64,000 bases of DNA, taken from assembly GCF_013122565.1 (NCBI RefSeq), contig NZ_CP053258.1, one strand, 5' to 3'. This document shows positions 39,171 to 50,851 of the stretch, in pieces (position 1 is the first letter of the stretch; every line of letters begins with the position of its first letter). The notes below the pieces were generated by a model. The model searched no databases, was not told the DNA's origin, and saw only the letters and a list, made by a program, of their open reading frames with translations. Both the position numbers and the translations under genes were made by a program. Source of the stretch: Escherichia coli (GTDB lineage: Bacteria > Pseudomonadota > Gammaproteobacteria > Enterobacterales > Enterobacteriaceae).

Positions 39171-39406
39171 CTGTCGTAAAAACAATTGGTTATGAATAAA
39201 TTAACTTTCAGCTTATAACACTAGCAAATCGAGATTAATAAGTCATTTAAACCATTTCGATGGTTATTTATTAGTGATATCAACTTGAGGTAAGCGTTAG
39301 TTTCGATAAGATAAACTGAGTTATTAATAGTCGAGGCAGATAATACAGTGTACCGATCTGTCTCTTTATCTACGCTAAATTGAAAGCTGGATTTAGAGGA
39401 ACCAAA

Positions 39407-40924
39407 ATGTCTGAACAAGAAACACGGGGAGCCAATGAGGCTATTGATTTTAACGATGAACTGAGAAATCGCCGCGAAAAACTGGCGGCACTACGTCAGC
39501 AAGGTGTGGCGTTTCCCAATGATTTTCGCCGCGACCATACCTCTGACCAGTTGCACGAAGAGTTTGATGCGAAGGATAACCAGGAACTGGAATCCTTAAA
39601 CATTGAAGTCTCGGTTGCTGGCCGAATGATGACCCGTCGTATCATGGGGAAAGCCTCCTTTGTAACGTTGCAGGATGTCGGTGGCCGTATTCAACTGTAC
39701 GTCGCACGAGATAGCCTGCCAGAAGGTGTTTATAACGATCAGTTTAAAAAATGGGATCTGGGTGACATTATCGGTGCCCGCGGTACGCTGTTTAAGACGC
39801 AAACGGGTGAGCTTTCCATTCACTGTACTGAGCTGCGCCTGCTGACTAAAGCACTACGTCCTTTACCAGATAAATTCCATGGTCTGCAGGATCAGGAAGT
39901 CCGTTATCGTCAACGTTATCTGGACCTCATCGCTAACGATAAATCCCGTCAAACGTTTGTTGTCCGTTCAAAAATTCTGGCCGCTATCCGCCAGTTCATG
40001 GTCGCGCGCGGCTTTATGGAAGTAGAAACCCCGATGATGCAGGTAATTCCAGGTGGGGCATCTGCTCGCCCGTTTATTACCCATCATAACGCTCTGGATT
40101 TAGATATGTATCTGCGTATCGCGCCGGAGCTGTATCTGAAACGTCTGGTTGTAGGCGGTTTTGAACGGGTATTCGAAATCAACCGTAACTTCCGTAATGA
40201 AGGTATTTCTGTTCGCCATAATCCTGAGTTCACAATGATGGAACTCTACATGGCGTATGCGGATTACCACGATTTGATTGAACTGACAGAGTCACTGTTC
40301 CGCACCCTGGCACAAGAGGTTCTGGGTACCACTAAAGTCACTTATGGCGAGCATGTGTTTGATTTCGGCAAACCGTTTGAAAAACTCACCATGCGCGAAG
40401 CAATCAAAAAATATCGTCCAGAAACCGATATGGCCGACCTGGATAATTTTGATGCTGCTAAAGCATTAGCTGAATCTATCGGAATTACGGTAGAGAAAAG
40501 CTGGGGGCTGGGACGTATTGTCACGGAGATCTTTGATGAAGTGGCAGAAGCACATCTGATTCAGCCAACCTTTATTACGGAATATCCGGCAGAAGTGTCA
40601 CCGCTGGCGCGCCGTAATGATGTTAACCCAGAAATCACCGACCGTTTTGAATTCTTCATCGGTGGTCGTGAAATCGGTAATGGTTTTAGCGAATTAAACG
40701 ACGCAGAAGATCAGGCTGAACGTTTCCAGGAACAGGTTAACGCTAAAGCTGCAGGTGACGACGAAGCCATGTTCTATGACGAAGATTACGTGACTGCGCT
40801 GGAATATGGTCTGCCGCCAACCGCTGGCCTGGGTATTGGCATCGACCGAATGATTATGCTGTTTACTAACAGCCATACTATTCGCGACGTTATTCTCTTC
40901 CCGGCGATGCGCCCACAGAAATAA
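39407..40924 (+). CDS. lysU: lysine--tRNA ligase, heat-inducible isoform
   Basis: ORF track 39380..40924; start at [12 protein letters not shown] gives 505 aa; class II aaRS; identity as lysU rather than lysS is from position next to dtpC/cad. Confidence 0.9.
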
Positions 40925-40935
40925 ATTTCACTTTA

Positions 40936-40969
40936 ATGAACGAAGCAGTCAGGCGACTGCTTCGTTCAT
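40936..40969. terminator. bidirectional rho-independent terminator between convergent lysU and ghoT
   Basis: ATGAACGAAGCAG-TCAGGCGA-CTGCTTCGTTCAT perfect 13-bp inverted repeat. Confidence 0.8.
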
Positions 40970-41042
40970 CGTTCCGCAAATCCAGTTTTGAGGAGAGACG
41001 CTTCGTTTCACGATAACCAGCGGGTCCACTCAACTACAGCTC

Positions 41043-41216
41043 CTAAAAGAGAGAAAAAAGTAATGCCACGGGCAGACTCATTGGCCAGGTTATTCCGACC
41101 AGGAATGCACTAAGTAAACGAATATGTGTTTTCTCATGTGAGATAAACCAGATAATGACAAAGGATATGTTCACACCAATCACATAAAAAATTAATATTT
41201 TAGAGAATAGCGCCAT
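41043..41216 (-). CDS. ghoT: type V toxin-antitoxin system membrane toxin GhoT (57 aa)
   Basis: Hand translation MALFSKILIFYVIGVNISFVIIWFISHEKTHIRLLSAFLVGITWPMSLPVALLFSLF; below the 60-aa ORF-track cutoff; immediately downstream of ghoS. Confidence 0.85.
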   Translation of the reverse strand: MALFSKILIFYVIGVNISFVIIWFISHEKTHIRLLSAFLVGITWPMSLPVALLFSLF

Positions 41217-41243
41217 TTTTTATGTTCTTCTTATCCTTCCTGG

Positions 41244-41540
41244 CTACTTGTAAAACTGACGGAAATAGTCATCAACTGTCATAATGTTGAGGTCAAAATC
41301 AATATCCGGTAAGTCTAAGCATTTAAGCCTGATTAAATCTTCGATTTCACTTGCGGCTAACGATGTCGTTATTGCGAAGGAATTTTCATTCAATTGTCGT
41401 GGTATCCCATATTCATCAGCCACGATAGAAGAGAAATTCATATCATACATCAATGATCTTAACCTTAAGAACACTGAGGAATAAGATGATGGATAATCAA
41501 AAGAAACAACATAAGTATTGAACTTGTTTTTACCTTCCAT
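41244..41540 (-). CDS. ghoS: type V antitoxin GhoS (endoribonuclease cleaving ghoT mRNA)
   Basis: ORF track 98 aa MEGKNKFNTYVVSFDYPSSY. Confidence 0.88.
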   Translation of the reverse strand: MEGKNKFNTYVVSFDYPSSYSSVFLRLRSLMYDMNFSSIVADEYGIPRQLNENSFAITTSLAASEIEDLIRLKCLDLPDIDFDLNIMTVDDYFRQFYK

Positions 41541-41766
41541 AATATGACTCCTATCAATATTAAACGCTCTGGGGACGCAAAACTTATTAACCCCGATTGA
41601 TGATTCTCATATAGGAGATATTCTTTTTTTTGCTCAGTAAAGGGGATGACTTGGGACAAAAAAACGCTCTCTCTGCCCATTCTTTGTGCATCCCCCTACC
41701 CTTCAGATGCTCTCCTGCATCACTCCGCGGAGAGCATGAAAAATATCGTGAATCTGTACTCTCCCA

Positions 41767-42039
41767 TCAACTGCGAATATCATCATACTCCCGCGTTTTA
41801 TCAAATTCGTGTTTCGCAAATGGACATAATGGGATAATTTTTCGTTTTTCCCGACGCATTTTTTCCACGACTTTCGCAACCAGCTGTTTACCAATCCCTT
41901 GCCCTTTCAGGCTTTCATCGACATCGGTATGTTCGATAATCGCTAAATTCTCTCCAGTCGGCACAAAGACAATTTCAGCGATTTGCTTGCCCTGTTCGTC
42001 ATTAATGTAAAATTTATTGTGGCCTTCGCGTATTTCCAT
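41767..42039 (-). CDS. yjdJ: GNAT-family N-acetyltransferase YjdJ
   Basis: ORF track 90 aa; GNAT motif region QGIGKQLV. Confidence 0.85.
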   Translation of the reverse strand: MEIREGHNKFYINDEQGKQIAEIVFVPTGENLAIIEHTDVDESLKGQGIGKQLVAKVVEKMRREKRKIIPLCPFAKHEFDKTREYDDIRS

Positions 42040-42050
42040 TTTACCCTCGC

Positions 42051-42281
42051 TTATTTATGACGGTATTTCAGCGCGCCGCTCGGGCACGTATCAATCACTT
42101 TAACCACAGTGGCGACGTCGACTTCATCCGGCATGATCCACGGCTTTCGTTTGAGATTAAATAACTTGCCGTTGCCACGTACGCAATTGCCAGAATGCTG
42201 ACATATCGCAGTGTTGAAATAGACATCGATCTTTTCGCCGGTATAACAGCGATAACCCTCGTCCAGTAGCGCCTGATCCAT
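42051..42281 (-). CDS. yjdI: uncharacterised Cys-rich protein YjdI (DUF4186)
   Basis: ORF track 76 aa. Confidence 0.8.
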   Translation of the reverse strand: MDQALLDEGYRCYTGEKIDVYFNTAICQHSGNCVRGNGKLFNLKRKPWIMPDEVDVATVVKVIDTCPSGALKYRHK

Positions 42282-42461
42282 GACCTTCCCTCTCTCATCA
42301 GTATGGTTTTCACTATAAGCATAGCCCTGGAATCTTCATACAGCACTGGCAGTTTCCGTTGCCAGAGTCTCTTCCCCTATATAGCCAATCATTCTTACTC
42401 CCTTTGAATTACCCGCCTCATCAGAGATAATGCTTAAGAAATTTGTCACACAAGGAAGCTG

Positions 42462-44093
42462 ATGAGACATTCATTGCCCTACCGCATGTTACGCAAACGT
42501 CCGATGAAATTGAGTACCACAGTGATCTTAATGGTCAGCGCGGTACTGTTCTCGGTGCTATTGGTGGTGCATCTGATTTACTTCTCGCAAATCAGTGATA
42601 TGACGCGAGACGGGCTAGCCAACAAGGCACTGGCAGTGGCGCGTACTCTCGCCGACTCGCCGGAAATCCGTCAGGGCTTGCAGAAAAAACCGCAGGAGAG
42701 CGGCATCCAGGCCATCGCGGAAGCCGTGCGCAAACGCAACGATCTGCTGTTTATTGTCGTTACCGATATGCAAAGTCTTCGCTACTCGCATCCTGAAGCC
42801 CAGCGTATTGGTCAGCCATTTAAAGGTGATGACATCCTTAAAGCGCTGAATGGCGAAGAAAATGTCGCTATCAATCGCGGTTTTCTGGCGCAGGCTTTAC
42901 GCGTATTTACCCCCATCTACGATGAAAATCATAAACAAATTGGCGTGGTGGCGATCGGCCTTGAGTTAAGCCGCGTGACCCAACAGATCAATGACAGTCG
43001 CTGGAGCATTATCTGGTCAGTATTATTTGGCATGCTGGTCGGACTGATTGGCACCTGCATTCTGGTTAAAGTACTGAAAAAAATCCTTTTCGGCCTGGAA
43101 CCCTACGAAATCTCCACGCTGTTTGAGCAACGCCAGGCCATGTTGCAGTCTATCAAAGAAGGCGTCGTTGCCGTGGACGATCGCGGCGAGGTCACGCTGA
43201 TCAACGATGCCGCACAAGAATTGCTGAATTACCGTAAGTCGCAGGACGATGAGAAACTGTCGACGCTAAGCCACTCGTGGTCACAGGTGGTAGATGTCTC
43301 GGAAGTGTTACGCGACGGTACCCCGCGCCGCGACGAAGAGATTACGATTAAAGATCGGCTATTACTGATCAACACCGTTCCGGTGCGCAGTAATGGCGTT
43401 ATCATCGGTGCCATTTCAACCTTCAGGGACAAAACTGAAGTACGTAAACTGATGCAGCGACTCGATGGTCTGGTCAACTATGCTGACGCACTTCGTGAAC
43501 GATCCCACGAATTTATGAATAAATTGCATGTGATTCTCGGATTATTGCATCTGAAGAGTTATAAGCAGTTGGAAGATTACATTCTCAAAACAGCCAATAA
43601 CTATCAGGAAGAGATTGGCTCTCTGCTGGGTAAGATCAAATCTCCGGTTATCGCTGGTTTTTTAATCAGCAAGATTAACCGCGCGACCGATTTAGGCCAT
43701 ACGCTGATTTTAAACAGTGAAAGCCAGCTGCCAGACAGCGGCAGTGAGGACCAGGTCGCGACGCTGATTACCACATTGGGAAATCTGATAGAAAACGCGC
43801 TGGAAGCATTAGGGCCGGAACCCGGTGGCGAAATTAGCGTAACATTGCACTACCGTCACGGCTGGCTGCACTGCGAAGTTAACGATGATGGACCGGGGAT
43901 CGCACCCGACAAAATCGATCACATTTTTGACAAAGGTGTCTCGACAAAAGGAAGCGAGCGAGGCGTCGGTTTAGCACTTGTCAAACAACAGGTAGAAAAT
44001 CTCGGCGGCAGCATCGCCGTGGAATCGGAACCCGGGATTTTCACACAATTTTTTGTCCAGATACCCTGGGACGGGGAGAGGTCGAACAGATGA
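42462..44093 (+). CDS. dcuS: C4-dicarboxylate sensor histidine kinase DcuS
   Basis: ORF track 543 aa; two TM segments, periplasmic PAS, HATPase motifs. Confidence 0.95.
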   Translation: MRHSLPYRMLRKRPMKLSTTVILMVSAVLFSVLLVVHLIYFSQISDMTRDGLANKALAVARTLADSPEIRQGLQKKPQESGIQAIAEAVRKRNDLLFIVVTDMQSLRYSHPEAQRIGQPFKGDDILKALNGEENVAINRGFLAQALRVFTPIYDENHKQIGVVAIGLELSRVTQQINDSRWSIIWSVLFGMLVGLIGTCILVKVLKKILFGLEPYEISTLFEQRQAMLQSIKEGVVAVDDRGEVTLINDAAQELLNYRKSQDDEKLSTLSHSWSQVVDVSEVLRDGTPRRDEEITIKDRLLLINTVPVRSNGVIIGAISTFRDKTEVRKLMQRLDGLVNYADALRERSHEFMNKLHVILGLLHLKSYKQLEDYILKTANNYQEEIGSLLGKIKSPVIAGFLISKINRATDLGHTLILNSESQLPDSGSEDQVATLITTLGNLIENALEALGPEPGGEISVTLHYRHGWLHCEVNDDGPGIAPDKIDHIFDKGVSTKGSERGVGLALVKQQVENLGGSIAVESEPGIFTQFFVQIPWDGERSNR

Positions 44094-44809
44094 TCAATGT
44101 ATTAATTATCGATGACGACGCAATGGTCGCGGAGCTGAATCGCCGATACGTAGCACAAATCCCAGGCTTTCAATGCTGTGGAACAGCCTCGACGCTGGAG
44201 AAAGCCAAAGAGATTATCTTCAATAGCGATACGCCTATCGACCTGATATTGCTCGATATCTATATGCAAAAAGAGAACGGGCTCGATTTACTGCCTGTCC
44301 TGCATAACGCGCGTTGCAAAAGTGATGTGATTGTCATCTCCTCCGCAGCCGATGCGGCAACCATTAAAGATTCGCTGCATTACGGTGTCGTGGATTACCT
44401 GATCAAACCCTTCCAGGCTTCCCGCTTTGAAGAGGCGCTCACCGGCTGGCGGCAAAAGAAAATGGCGCTGGAAAAACATCAGTATTATGACCAGGCCGAG
44501 CTTGATCAGCTAATCCACGGCAGCAGCTCCAACGAGCAGGATCCTCGTCGCTTGCCAAAAGGCTTAACGCCGCAGACGTTACGCACGCTGTGCCAGTGGA
44601 TTGACGCGCATCAGGACTATGAGTTTTCAACCGACGAGCTAGCCAACGAGGTTAACATTTCGCGTGTTTCCTGCCGTAAATACCTCATCTGGCTGGTCAA
44701 CTGCCACATCTTGTTTACCAGTATCCATTATGGCGTCACGGGGCGTCCAGTTTACCGTTACCGTATTCAGGCAGAACACTACTCACTACTGAAACAATAT
44801 TGCCAATAA
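44090..44809 (+). CDS. dcuR: C4-dicarboxylate response regulator DcuR
   Basis: ORF track 239 aa; receiver domain with conserved Asp; 4-bp overlap with dcuS. Confidence 0.95.
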   Translation: MINVLIIDDDAMVAELNRRYVAQIPGFQCCGTASTLEKAKEIIFNSDTPIDLILLDIYMQKENGLDLLPVLHNARCKSDVIVISSAADAATIKDSLHYGVVDYLIKPFQASRFEEALTGWRQKKMALEKHQYYDQAELDQLIHGSSSNEQDPRRLPKGLTPQTLRTLCQWIDAHQDYEFSTDELANEVNISRVSCRKYLIWLVNCHILFTSIHYGVTGRPVYRYRIQAEHYSLLKQYCQ

Positions 44810-45379
44810 CGGATCGCTGGTTATCTGTAAGTAATAATTATTACCGTAATGCAAAATACCCCTGGCACAAGTTACATCCTTCATCAGTAAAACTTGTGCC
44901 AGATCAAATATAATTATCCCTCCATCATCGCTAAAAATTAATATCTCTTCAGATGAACGGTGTTTTTAATTTCAAAACGCTAACAAAAGTTAATTAACTA
45001 TTATGTCACCCGCATTATGTGTATTTTTACCCACAAATGGGTAGATCAGATTAATCTATAAACCTAATGATATCTGCCCTGAGAACAAAAAATAGACCGA
45101 TAAATATCAATAAGATAACAGCAAACAAAACATTAACATCTGCGCAGTACAAACTATAAACCCATCGCCAGAGAGTCTTTCTCTCTGAAAAAGCCGCTTA
45201 TCACAGTGCATAAATTTGCCGCTGCTTTAATAAGCCAATATTCACTGTGAGGTATTTGCTAAAGCCGGTAACGACCAAACGGATATTTAGTCAGGCTCTG
45301 AAAGCAGTTCATACAAAACAGAACGTGACTGTGATCTATTCAGCAAAAATTTAAATAGGATTATCGCGAGGGTTCACAC

Positions 45380-46720
45380 ATGTTATTTACTATCCAACTT
45401 ATCATAATACTGATATGTCTGTTTTATGGTGCCAGAAAGGGCGGTATCGCGCTGGGTTTATTAGGCGGTATCGGTCTGGTCATTCTGGTCTTCGTCTTCC
45501 ACCTTCAGCCAGGTAAACCACCGGTTGATGTCATGCTGGTTATCATTGCGGTGGTGGCGGCATCGGCGACCTTGCAAGCTTCGGGCGGTCTTGATGTCAT
45601 GCTGCAAATTGCCGAGAAGCTGCTGCGCCGCAACCCGAAATATGTCTCAATTGTCGCGCCGTTTGTGACCTGTACGCTGACCATTCTTTGCGGTACGGGT
45701 CATGTGGTTTACACCATTCTGCCGATCATCTACGACGTCGCCATTAAGAACAACATCCGTCCGGAACGTCCGATGGCGGCAAGTTCTATCGGTGCACAGA
45801 TGGGGATTATCGCCAGTCCGGTGTCGGTTGCGGTCGTGTCTCTGGTTGCAATGCTGGGTAATGTCACCTTTGATGGTCGCCATCTTGAGTTCCTCGACCT
45901 GCTGGCAATCACCATTCCATCGACGTTAATCGGTATCCTGGCGATCGGTATCTTCAGCTGGTTCCGCGGTAAAGATCTGGATAAAGACGAAGAGTTCCAG
46001 AAATTCATCTCCGTACCGGAAAACCGTGAGTATGTTTACGGTGATACCGCGACGCTGCTTGATAAAAAACTGCCGAAAAGCAACTGGCTGGCAATGTGGA
46101 TCTTCCTCGGGGCAATCGCTGTAGTCGCCCTTCTTGGTGCTGATTCGGACCTGCGTCCATCCTTCGGTGGCAAACCGCTGTCGATGGTACTGGTTATTCA
46201 GATGTTTATGCTGCTGACCGGGGCGCTGATTATTATCCTGACCAAAACCAATCCCGCGTCTATCTCAAAAAACGAAGTCTTCCGTTCCGGTATGATCGCC
46301 ATCGTGGCGGTGTACGGTATCGCATGGATGGCAGAAACCATGTTCGGTGCGCATATGTCTGAAATTCAGGGCGTACTGGGTGAAATGGTGAAAGAGTATC
46401 CGTGGGCCTATGCCATTGTTCTGCTGCTGGTTTCCAAGTTTGTAAACTCTCAGGCTGCGGCGCTGGCGGCGATTGTTCCGGTCGCGCTGGCGATCGGCGT
46501 TGATCCGGCATACATCGTGGCTTCAGCACCGGCTTGCTACGGTTATTACATCCTGCCGACTTATCCGAGCGATCTGGCAGCGATTCAGTTTGACCGTTCC
46601 GGCACCACCCACATCGGTCGCTTCGTCATCAACCACAGCTTTATTCTGCCGGGGTTGATTGGTGTGAGCGTATCGTGCGTCTTCGGCTGGATCTTCGCCG
46701 CGATGTACGGGTTCTTATAA
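45380..46720 (+). CDS. dcuB: anaerobic C4-dicarboxylate (fumarate/succinate) antiporter DcuB
   Basis: ORF track 446 aa; paralogue of DcuA at 27350. Confidence 0.95.
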
Positions 46721-46797
46721 ATGCACTTTGCGTGCCGCCCGTGACTACGCGGCACGCCATTTTCGAATAACAAATACAGAGTTACAGGCTGGAAGCT

Positions 46798-48444
46798 ATG
46801 TCAAACAAACCATTTATCTACCAGGCACCTTTCCCGATGGGGAAAGACAATACCGAATACTATCTACTCACTTCCGATTACGTTAGCGTTGCCGACTTCG
46901 ACGGCGAAACCATCCTGAAAGTGGAACCAGAAGCCCTGACCCTGCTGGCGCAGCAAGCCTTTCACGACGCTTCTTTTATGCTCCGTCCGGCACACCAGAA
47001 ACAGGTTGCGGCTATTCTTCACGATCCAGAAGCCAGCGAAAACGACAAGTACGTAGCGCTGCAATTCTTAAGAAACTCCGAAATCGCCGCCAAAGGCGTG
47101 CTGCCGACCTGCCAGGATACCGGTACCGCGATCATCGTCGGTAAAAAAGGCCAGCGCGTGTGGACCGGTGGCGGTGATGAAGAAGCGCTGTCGAAAGGCG
47201 TCTATAACACCTATATCGAGGATAACCTGCGCTACTCGCAAAACGCGGCGCTGGACATGTACAAAGAGGTCAACACCGGCACTAACCTGCCTGCGCAAAT
47301 CGACCTGTACGCGGTAGATGGCGATGAGTATAAATTCCTTTGCGTTGCGAAAGGCGGCGGCTCTGCCAACAAAACCTATCTCTACCAGGAAACCAAAGCC
47401 CTGCTGACTCCCGGCAAACTGAAAAACTTCCTCGTCGAGAAAATGCGTACCCTCGGTACTGCAGCCTGCCCGCCGTACCATATCGCGTTTGTGATTGGCG
47501 GTACGTCTGCGGAAACCAACCTGAAAACCGTCAAGTTAGCAAGCGCTCACTATTACGATGAACTGCCGACGGAAGGGAACGAACATGGTCAGGCGTTCCG
47601 CGATGTCCAGCTGGAACAGGAACTGCTGGAAGAGGCCCAGAAACTCGGTCTTGGCGCGCAGTTTGGCGGTAAATACTTCGCGCACGACATTCGCGTTATC
47701 CGTCTGCCACGTCACGGCGCATCCTGCCCGGTAGGCATGGGCGTCTCCTGCTCCGCTGACCGTAACATTAAAGCGAAAATCAACCGCGAAGGTATCTGGA
47801 TCGAAAAACTGGAACACAATCCAGGCCAGTACATTCCACAAGAACTGCGTCAGGCCGGTGAAGGCGAAGCGGTGAAAGTCGACCTTAACCGCCCGATGAA
47901 AGAGATCCTCGCCCAGCTTTCGCAATACCCGGTATCCACCCGCTTGTCGCTCACCGGCACCATTATCGTGGGTCGAGATATTGCACACGCCAAGCTGAAA
48001 GAGCTGATTGACGCCGGTAAAGAACTGCCGCAGTACATCAAAGATCACCCGATCTACTACGCGGGTCCGGCGAAAACGCCTGCCGGTTATCCATCAGGTT
48101 CACTTGGCCCAACCACCGCAGGTCGTATGGACTCCTACGTGGATCTGCTGCAATCCCACGGCGGCAGCATGATCATGCTGGCGAAAGGCAACCGCAGCCA
48201 GCAGGTTACCGACGCGTGCCATAAACACGGCGGCTTTTACCTCGGTAGCATCGGCGGTCCGGCGGCGGTACTGGCGCAGCAGAGCATCAAGCATCTGGAA
48301 TGCGTCGCTTATCCGGAGCTGGGTATGGAAGCTATCTGGAAAATCGAAGTAGAAGATTTCCCGGCGTTTATCCTGGTCGATGACAAAGGTAACGACTTCT
48401 TCCAGCAAATCGTCAACAAACAGTGCGCGAACTGCACTAAGTAA
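46798..48444 (+). CDS. fumB: class I (Fe-S) fumarate hydratase, anaerobic
   Basis: ORF track 548 aa. Confidence 0.95.
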   Translation: MSNKPFIYQAPFPMGKDNTEYYLLTSDYVSVADFDGETILKVEPEALTLLAQQAFHDASFMLRPAHQKQVAAILHDPEASENDKYVALQFLRNSEIAAKGVLPTCQDTGTAIIVGKKGQRVWTGGGDEEALSKGVYNTYIEDNLRYSQNAALDMYKEVNTGTNLPAQIDLYAVDGDEYKFLCVAKGGGSANKTYLYQETKALLTPGKLKNFLVEKMRTLGTAACPPYHIAFVIGGTSAETNLKTVKLASAHYYDELPTEGNEHGQAFRDVQLEQELLEEAQKLGLGAQFGGKYFAHDIRVIRLPRHGASCPVGMGVSCSADRNIKAKINREGIWIEKLEHNPGQYIPQELRQAGEGEAVKVDLNRPMKEILAQLSQYPVSTRLSLTGTIIVGRDIAHAKLKELIDAGKELPQYIKDHPIYYAGPAKTPAGYPSGSLGPTTAGRMDSYVDLLQSHGGSMIMLAKGNRSQQVTDACHKHGGFYLGSIGGPAAVLAQQSIKHLECVAYPELGMEAIWKIEVEDFPAFILVDDKGNDFFQQIVNKQCANCTK

Positions 48445-48566
48445 CCTCTTCGGCCCAGCGCCTGGCAGCATGCTGCCAGGTGATCCCCCTGGGCCACCTC
48501 TTTTGCGATTGTAATTTCACGCTTGCTGGTGAATAGTCAGTATTTTCCCTGACTTGCGAACTCACC

Positions 48567-49217
48567 ATGACCCGCACACTCAAGCCGTTAATTCTTAACA
48601 CCGGCGCACTGGCGCTAACGTTAATCCTGATTTATACCGGCATTTCGGCCCATGACAAACTCACCTGGCTGATGGAAGTGACACCGGTGATTATTGTCAT
48701 GCCGCTACTCCTTGCCACCGCGAAACGTTATCCGTTAACGCCGCTGCTTTATACGCTCATTTTCTTTCACGCCATCATCCTGATGGTCGGCGGACAATAC
48801 ACCTACGCGAAAGTCCCCGTTGGTTTTGAGGTGCAGGAATGGCTGGGGTTGAGCCGTAATCCGTATGACAAGCTGGGGCATTTTTTCCAGGGGCTGGTGC
48901 CTGCACTGGTGGCACGAGAGATCCTTGTGCGCGGGATGTACGTTCGCGGACGTAAAATGGTGGCGTTTCTGGTCTGTTGCGTGGCGCTGGCGATAAGCGC
49001 GATGTATGAATTAATCGAGTGGTGGGCGGCACTGGCGATGGGCCAGGGAGCGGATGATTTTCTCGGCACCCAGGGCGACCAGTGGGACACGCAATCCGAT
49101 ATGTTCTGCGCGCTGCTTGGCGCATTAACGACGGTGATATTCCTCGCTCGCTTTCATTGCCGCCAGCTACGGCGCTTTGGCTTAATCACCAGAGCGCCGG
49201 AAGCGATAACCCCTTAA
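48567..49217 (+). CDS. yjdF: inner membrane protein YjdF (DUF2238)
   Basis: ORF track 216 aa; stop overlaps melA stop on the opposite strand. Confidence 0.8.
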   Translation: MTRTLKPLILNTGALALTLILIYTGISAHDKLTWLMEVTPVIIVMPLLLATAKRYPLTPLLYTLIFFHAIILMVGGQYTYAKVPVGFEVQEWLGLSRNPYDKLGHFFQGLVPALVAREILVRGMYVRGRKMVAFLVCCVALAISAMYELIEWWAALAMGQGADDFLGTQGDQWDTQSDMFCALLGALTTVIFLARFHCRQLRRFGLITRAPEAITP

Positions 49218-50569
49218 CGGTGCAACCAGCCTGGCAGCCAGTCGCCGTGGGCGGCAATCAGGTCGTCAACAAGAGCATATATTTCATCAATGCCCAGCAC
49301 GGCGGCAGTATGCGGGTCCATCATCGCAGCGTGGTAAACACGGTCGCGATTTTCGGTGAGAATGGCTTCAGTCAGCAGCGTCTGTACGTTGATGTTGGTT
49401 TGCATCAGGGCGGCCAGATGCGAAGGTAGCGTACCGACTTTGGTCGGCTGAATGCCATTAGCATCAACCAGACAGGCTACTTCCACACAACATCCTTGTG
49501 GCAGGTTATCAATCAAACCATCGTTACGGACGTTGCCGTAAATCACACTCGGCTCACCGGTCCAGATAGCGTTCATAATCGTGCTGGCATATTCCCGTGA
49601 CGGTTTAATATCAATCCGGGAGGCGTTTTTATACTCCTCCAGCTCTTTATGCCAGTTCGCCAGCTGCTCGACGCAGCGTTTCGGGTACTCATCCAGCGGT
49701 ACTTTATAACGCTCAATCAAATCCTCACGACCTGGCTTAATAAACCACGGTGTGTACTCAGCAAAATGTTCTGACGATTCCGTGACGAAATAGCCCAGCT
49801 TTTTGAACATTTCATAGCGCACAATATTCTGGCAGCGAGTATTGCCGTGAATATTCGGCTTCGGTGCCTGCCCTGCGTCATAAGCCGCCAGCAGTTCCGG
49901 GTAGAGATTCACGTAACTGCCGTCGGCGGTTTTGCGCTCCAGCTCCAGGTAAAACGCCATATGGTTGATACCTGCGCAACGGTAACGCAGCGTAGCCGGG
50001 TCGATATTGAGGTCACGCGCCAGCTCTTCCGCCGTTCCCTGCACCGAATGGCACAGCCCGACCTGTTTGATATGCGGATAGCGGGCATACATCGCCCAGG
50101 TATTCATCGCCATTGGGTTAACATAGTTGAGCATGGTGGCATCGGGGCAGACTTCCGTCATGTCCTCGCAAATTTGCCACAAATGCGGAATGGTACGTAG
50201 CGCGCGCATAATACCGCCCGGCCCCAACGTATCGGCAATGGTTTGTTCCAGACCATGCCGTTTACAGACCTCGAAATCAGTCACCGTGCAAGGTTCATAA
50301 CCGCCAATCTGAAATGCCACCACGACAAAATCGGCATCCTGTAAGGCTTCTTTCTGTTGGGTGTGGCAGGTGATTTTGCCGCTGGCCCCTGCTGAATCCA
50401 TCAGCTTACGCACCACAATATGCGACTCTTCCAGGCGGGTGGGATCAATGTCCATCAGGGCAATATGCGCCGTTTTCAGCGCCTCGCGATGGAACACATC
50501 ACCAAGAATATTTTTAACGAAAATCGTCGAACCAGCGCCGATAAATGTAATTTTGGGTGCAGACATCAT
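49214..50569 (-). CDS. melA: alpha-galactosidase (melibiase), NAD/Mn-dependent GH4
   Basis: ORF track 451 aa MMSAPKITFIGAGSTIF. Confidence 0.95.
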   Translation of the reverse strand: MMSAPKITFIGAGSTIFVKNILGDVFHREALKTAHIALMDIDPTRLEESHIVVRKLMDSAGASGKITCHTQQKEALQDADFVVVAFQIGGYEPCTVTDFEVCKRHGLEQTIADTLGPGGIMRALRTIPHLWQICEDMTEVCPDATMLNYVNPMAMNTWAMYARYPHIKQVGLCHSVQGTAEELARDLNIDPATLRYRCAGINHMAFYLELERKTADGSYVNLYPELLAAYDAGQAPKPNIHGNTRCQNIVRYEMFKKLGYFVTESSEHFAEYTPWFIKPGREDLIERYKVPLDEYPKRCVEQLANWHKELEEYKNASRIDIKPSREYASTIMNAIWTGEPSVIYGNVRNDGLIDNLPQGCCVEVACLVDANGIQPTKVGTLPSHLAALMQTNINVQTLLTEAILTENRDRVYHAAMMDPHTAAVLGIDEIYALVDDLIAAHGDWLPGWLHR

Positions 50570-50851
50570 GCAGATCTCCTGGCTTGCTTGAATAACTTCA
50601 TCATGGCAGGCGAATCTGCAGAAAACCTCCGGCTTCCAGGTTGAGCATTCCCATAAACTCAGATCCTGCGTGAAGCAGCAGTAAATCTGAGTTTATGGGA
50701 ATAAATTACCTGAAAAGTAGAGTTTTCGGCCTCATGATGCTCGGACAGTCCCCTCGCCCCTCTGGGAAGTGGGTGAAAACCGTGCTCCCACTCTCAGTCA
50801 TCCTCCCTCACTCCTGCCATAATTCTGATATTCCAGGAAAGAGAGCCATCC
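50570..50851. promoter_or_regulatory. divergent melA/melR promoter region (expected MelR and CRP sites)
   Basis: 282-bp spacer between divergent melA and melR; function from established mel regulation, sites not individually mapped. Confidence 0.5.

Noticed and set aside
41465..41680. 71-aa minus-strand ORF overlapping the ghoS start and upstream region
   Set aside because: Overlaps the ghoS coding start in another frame, no RBS or recognisable features; likely spurious
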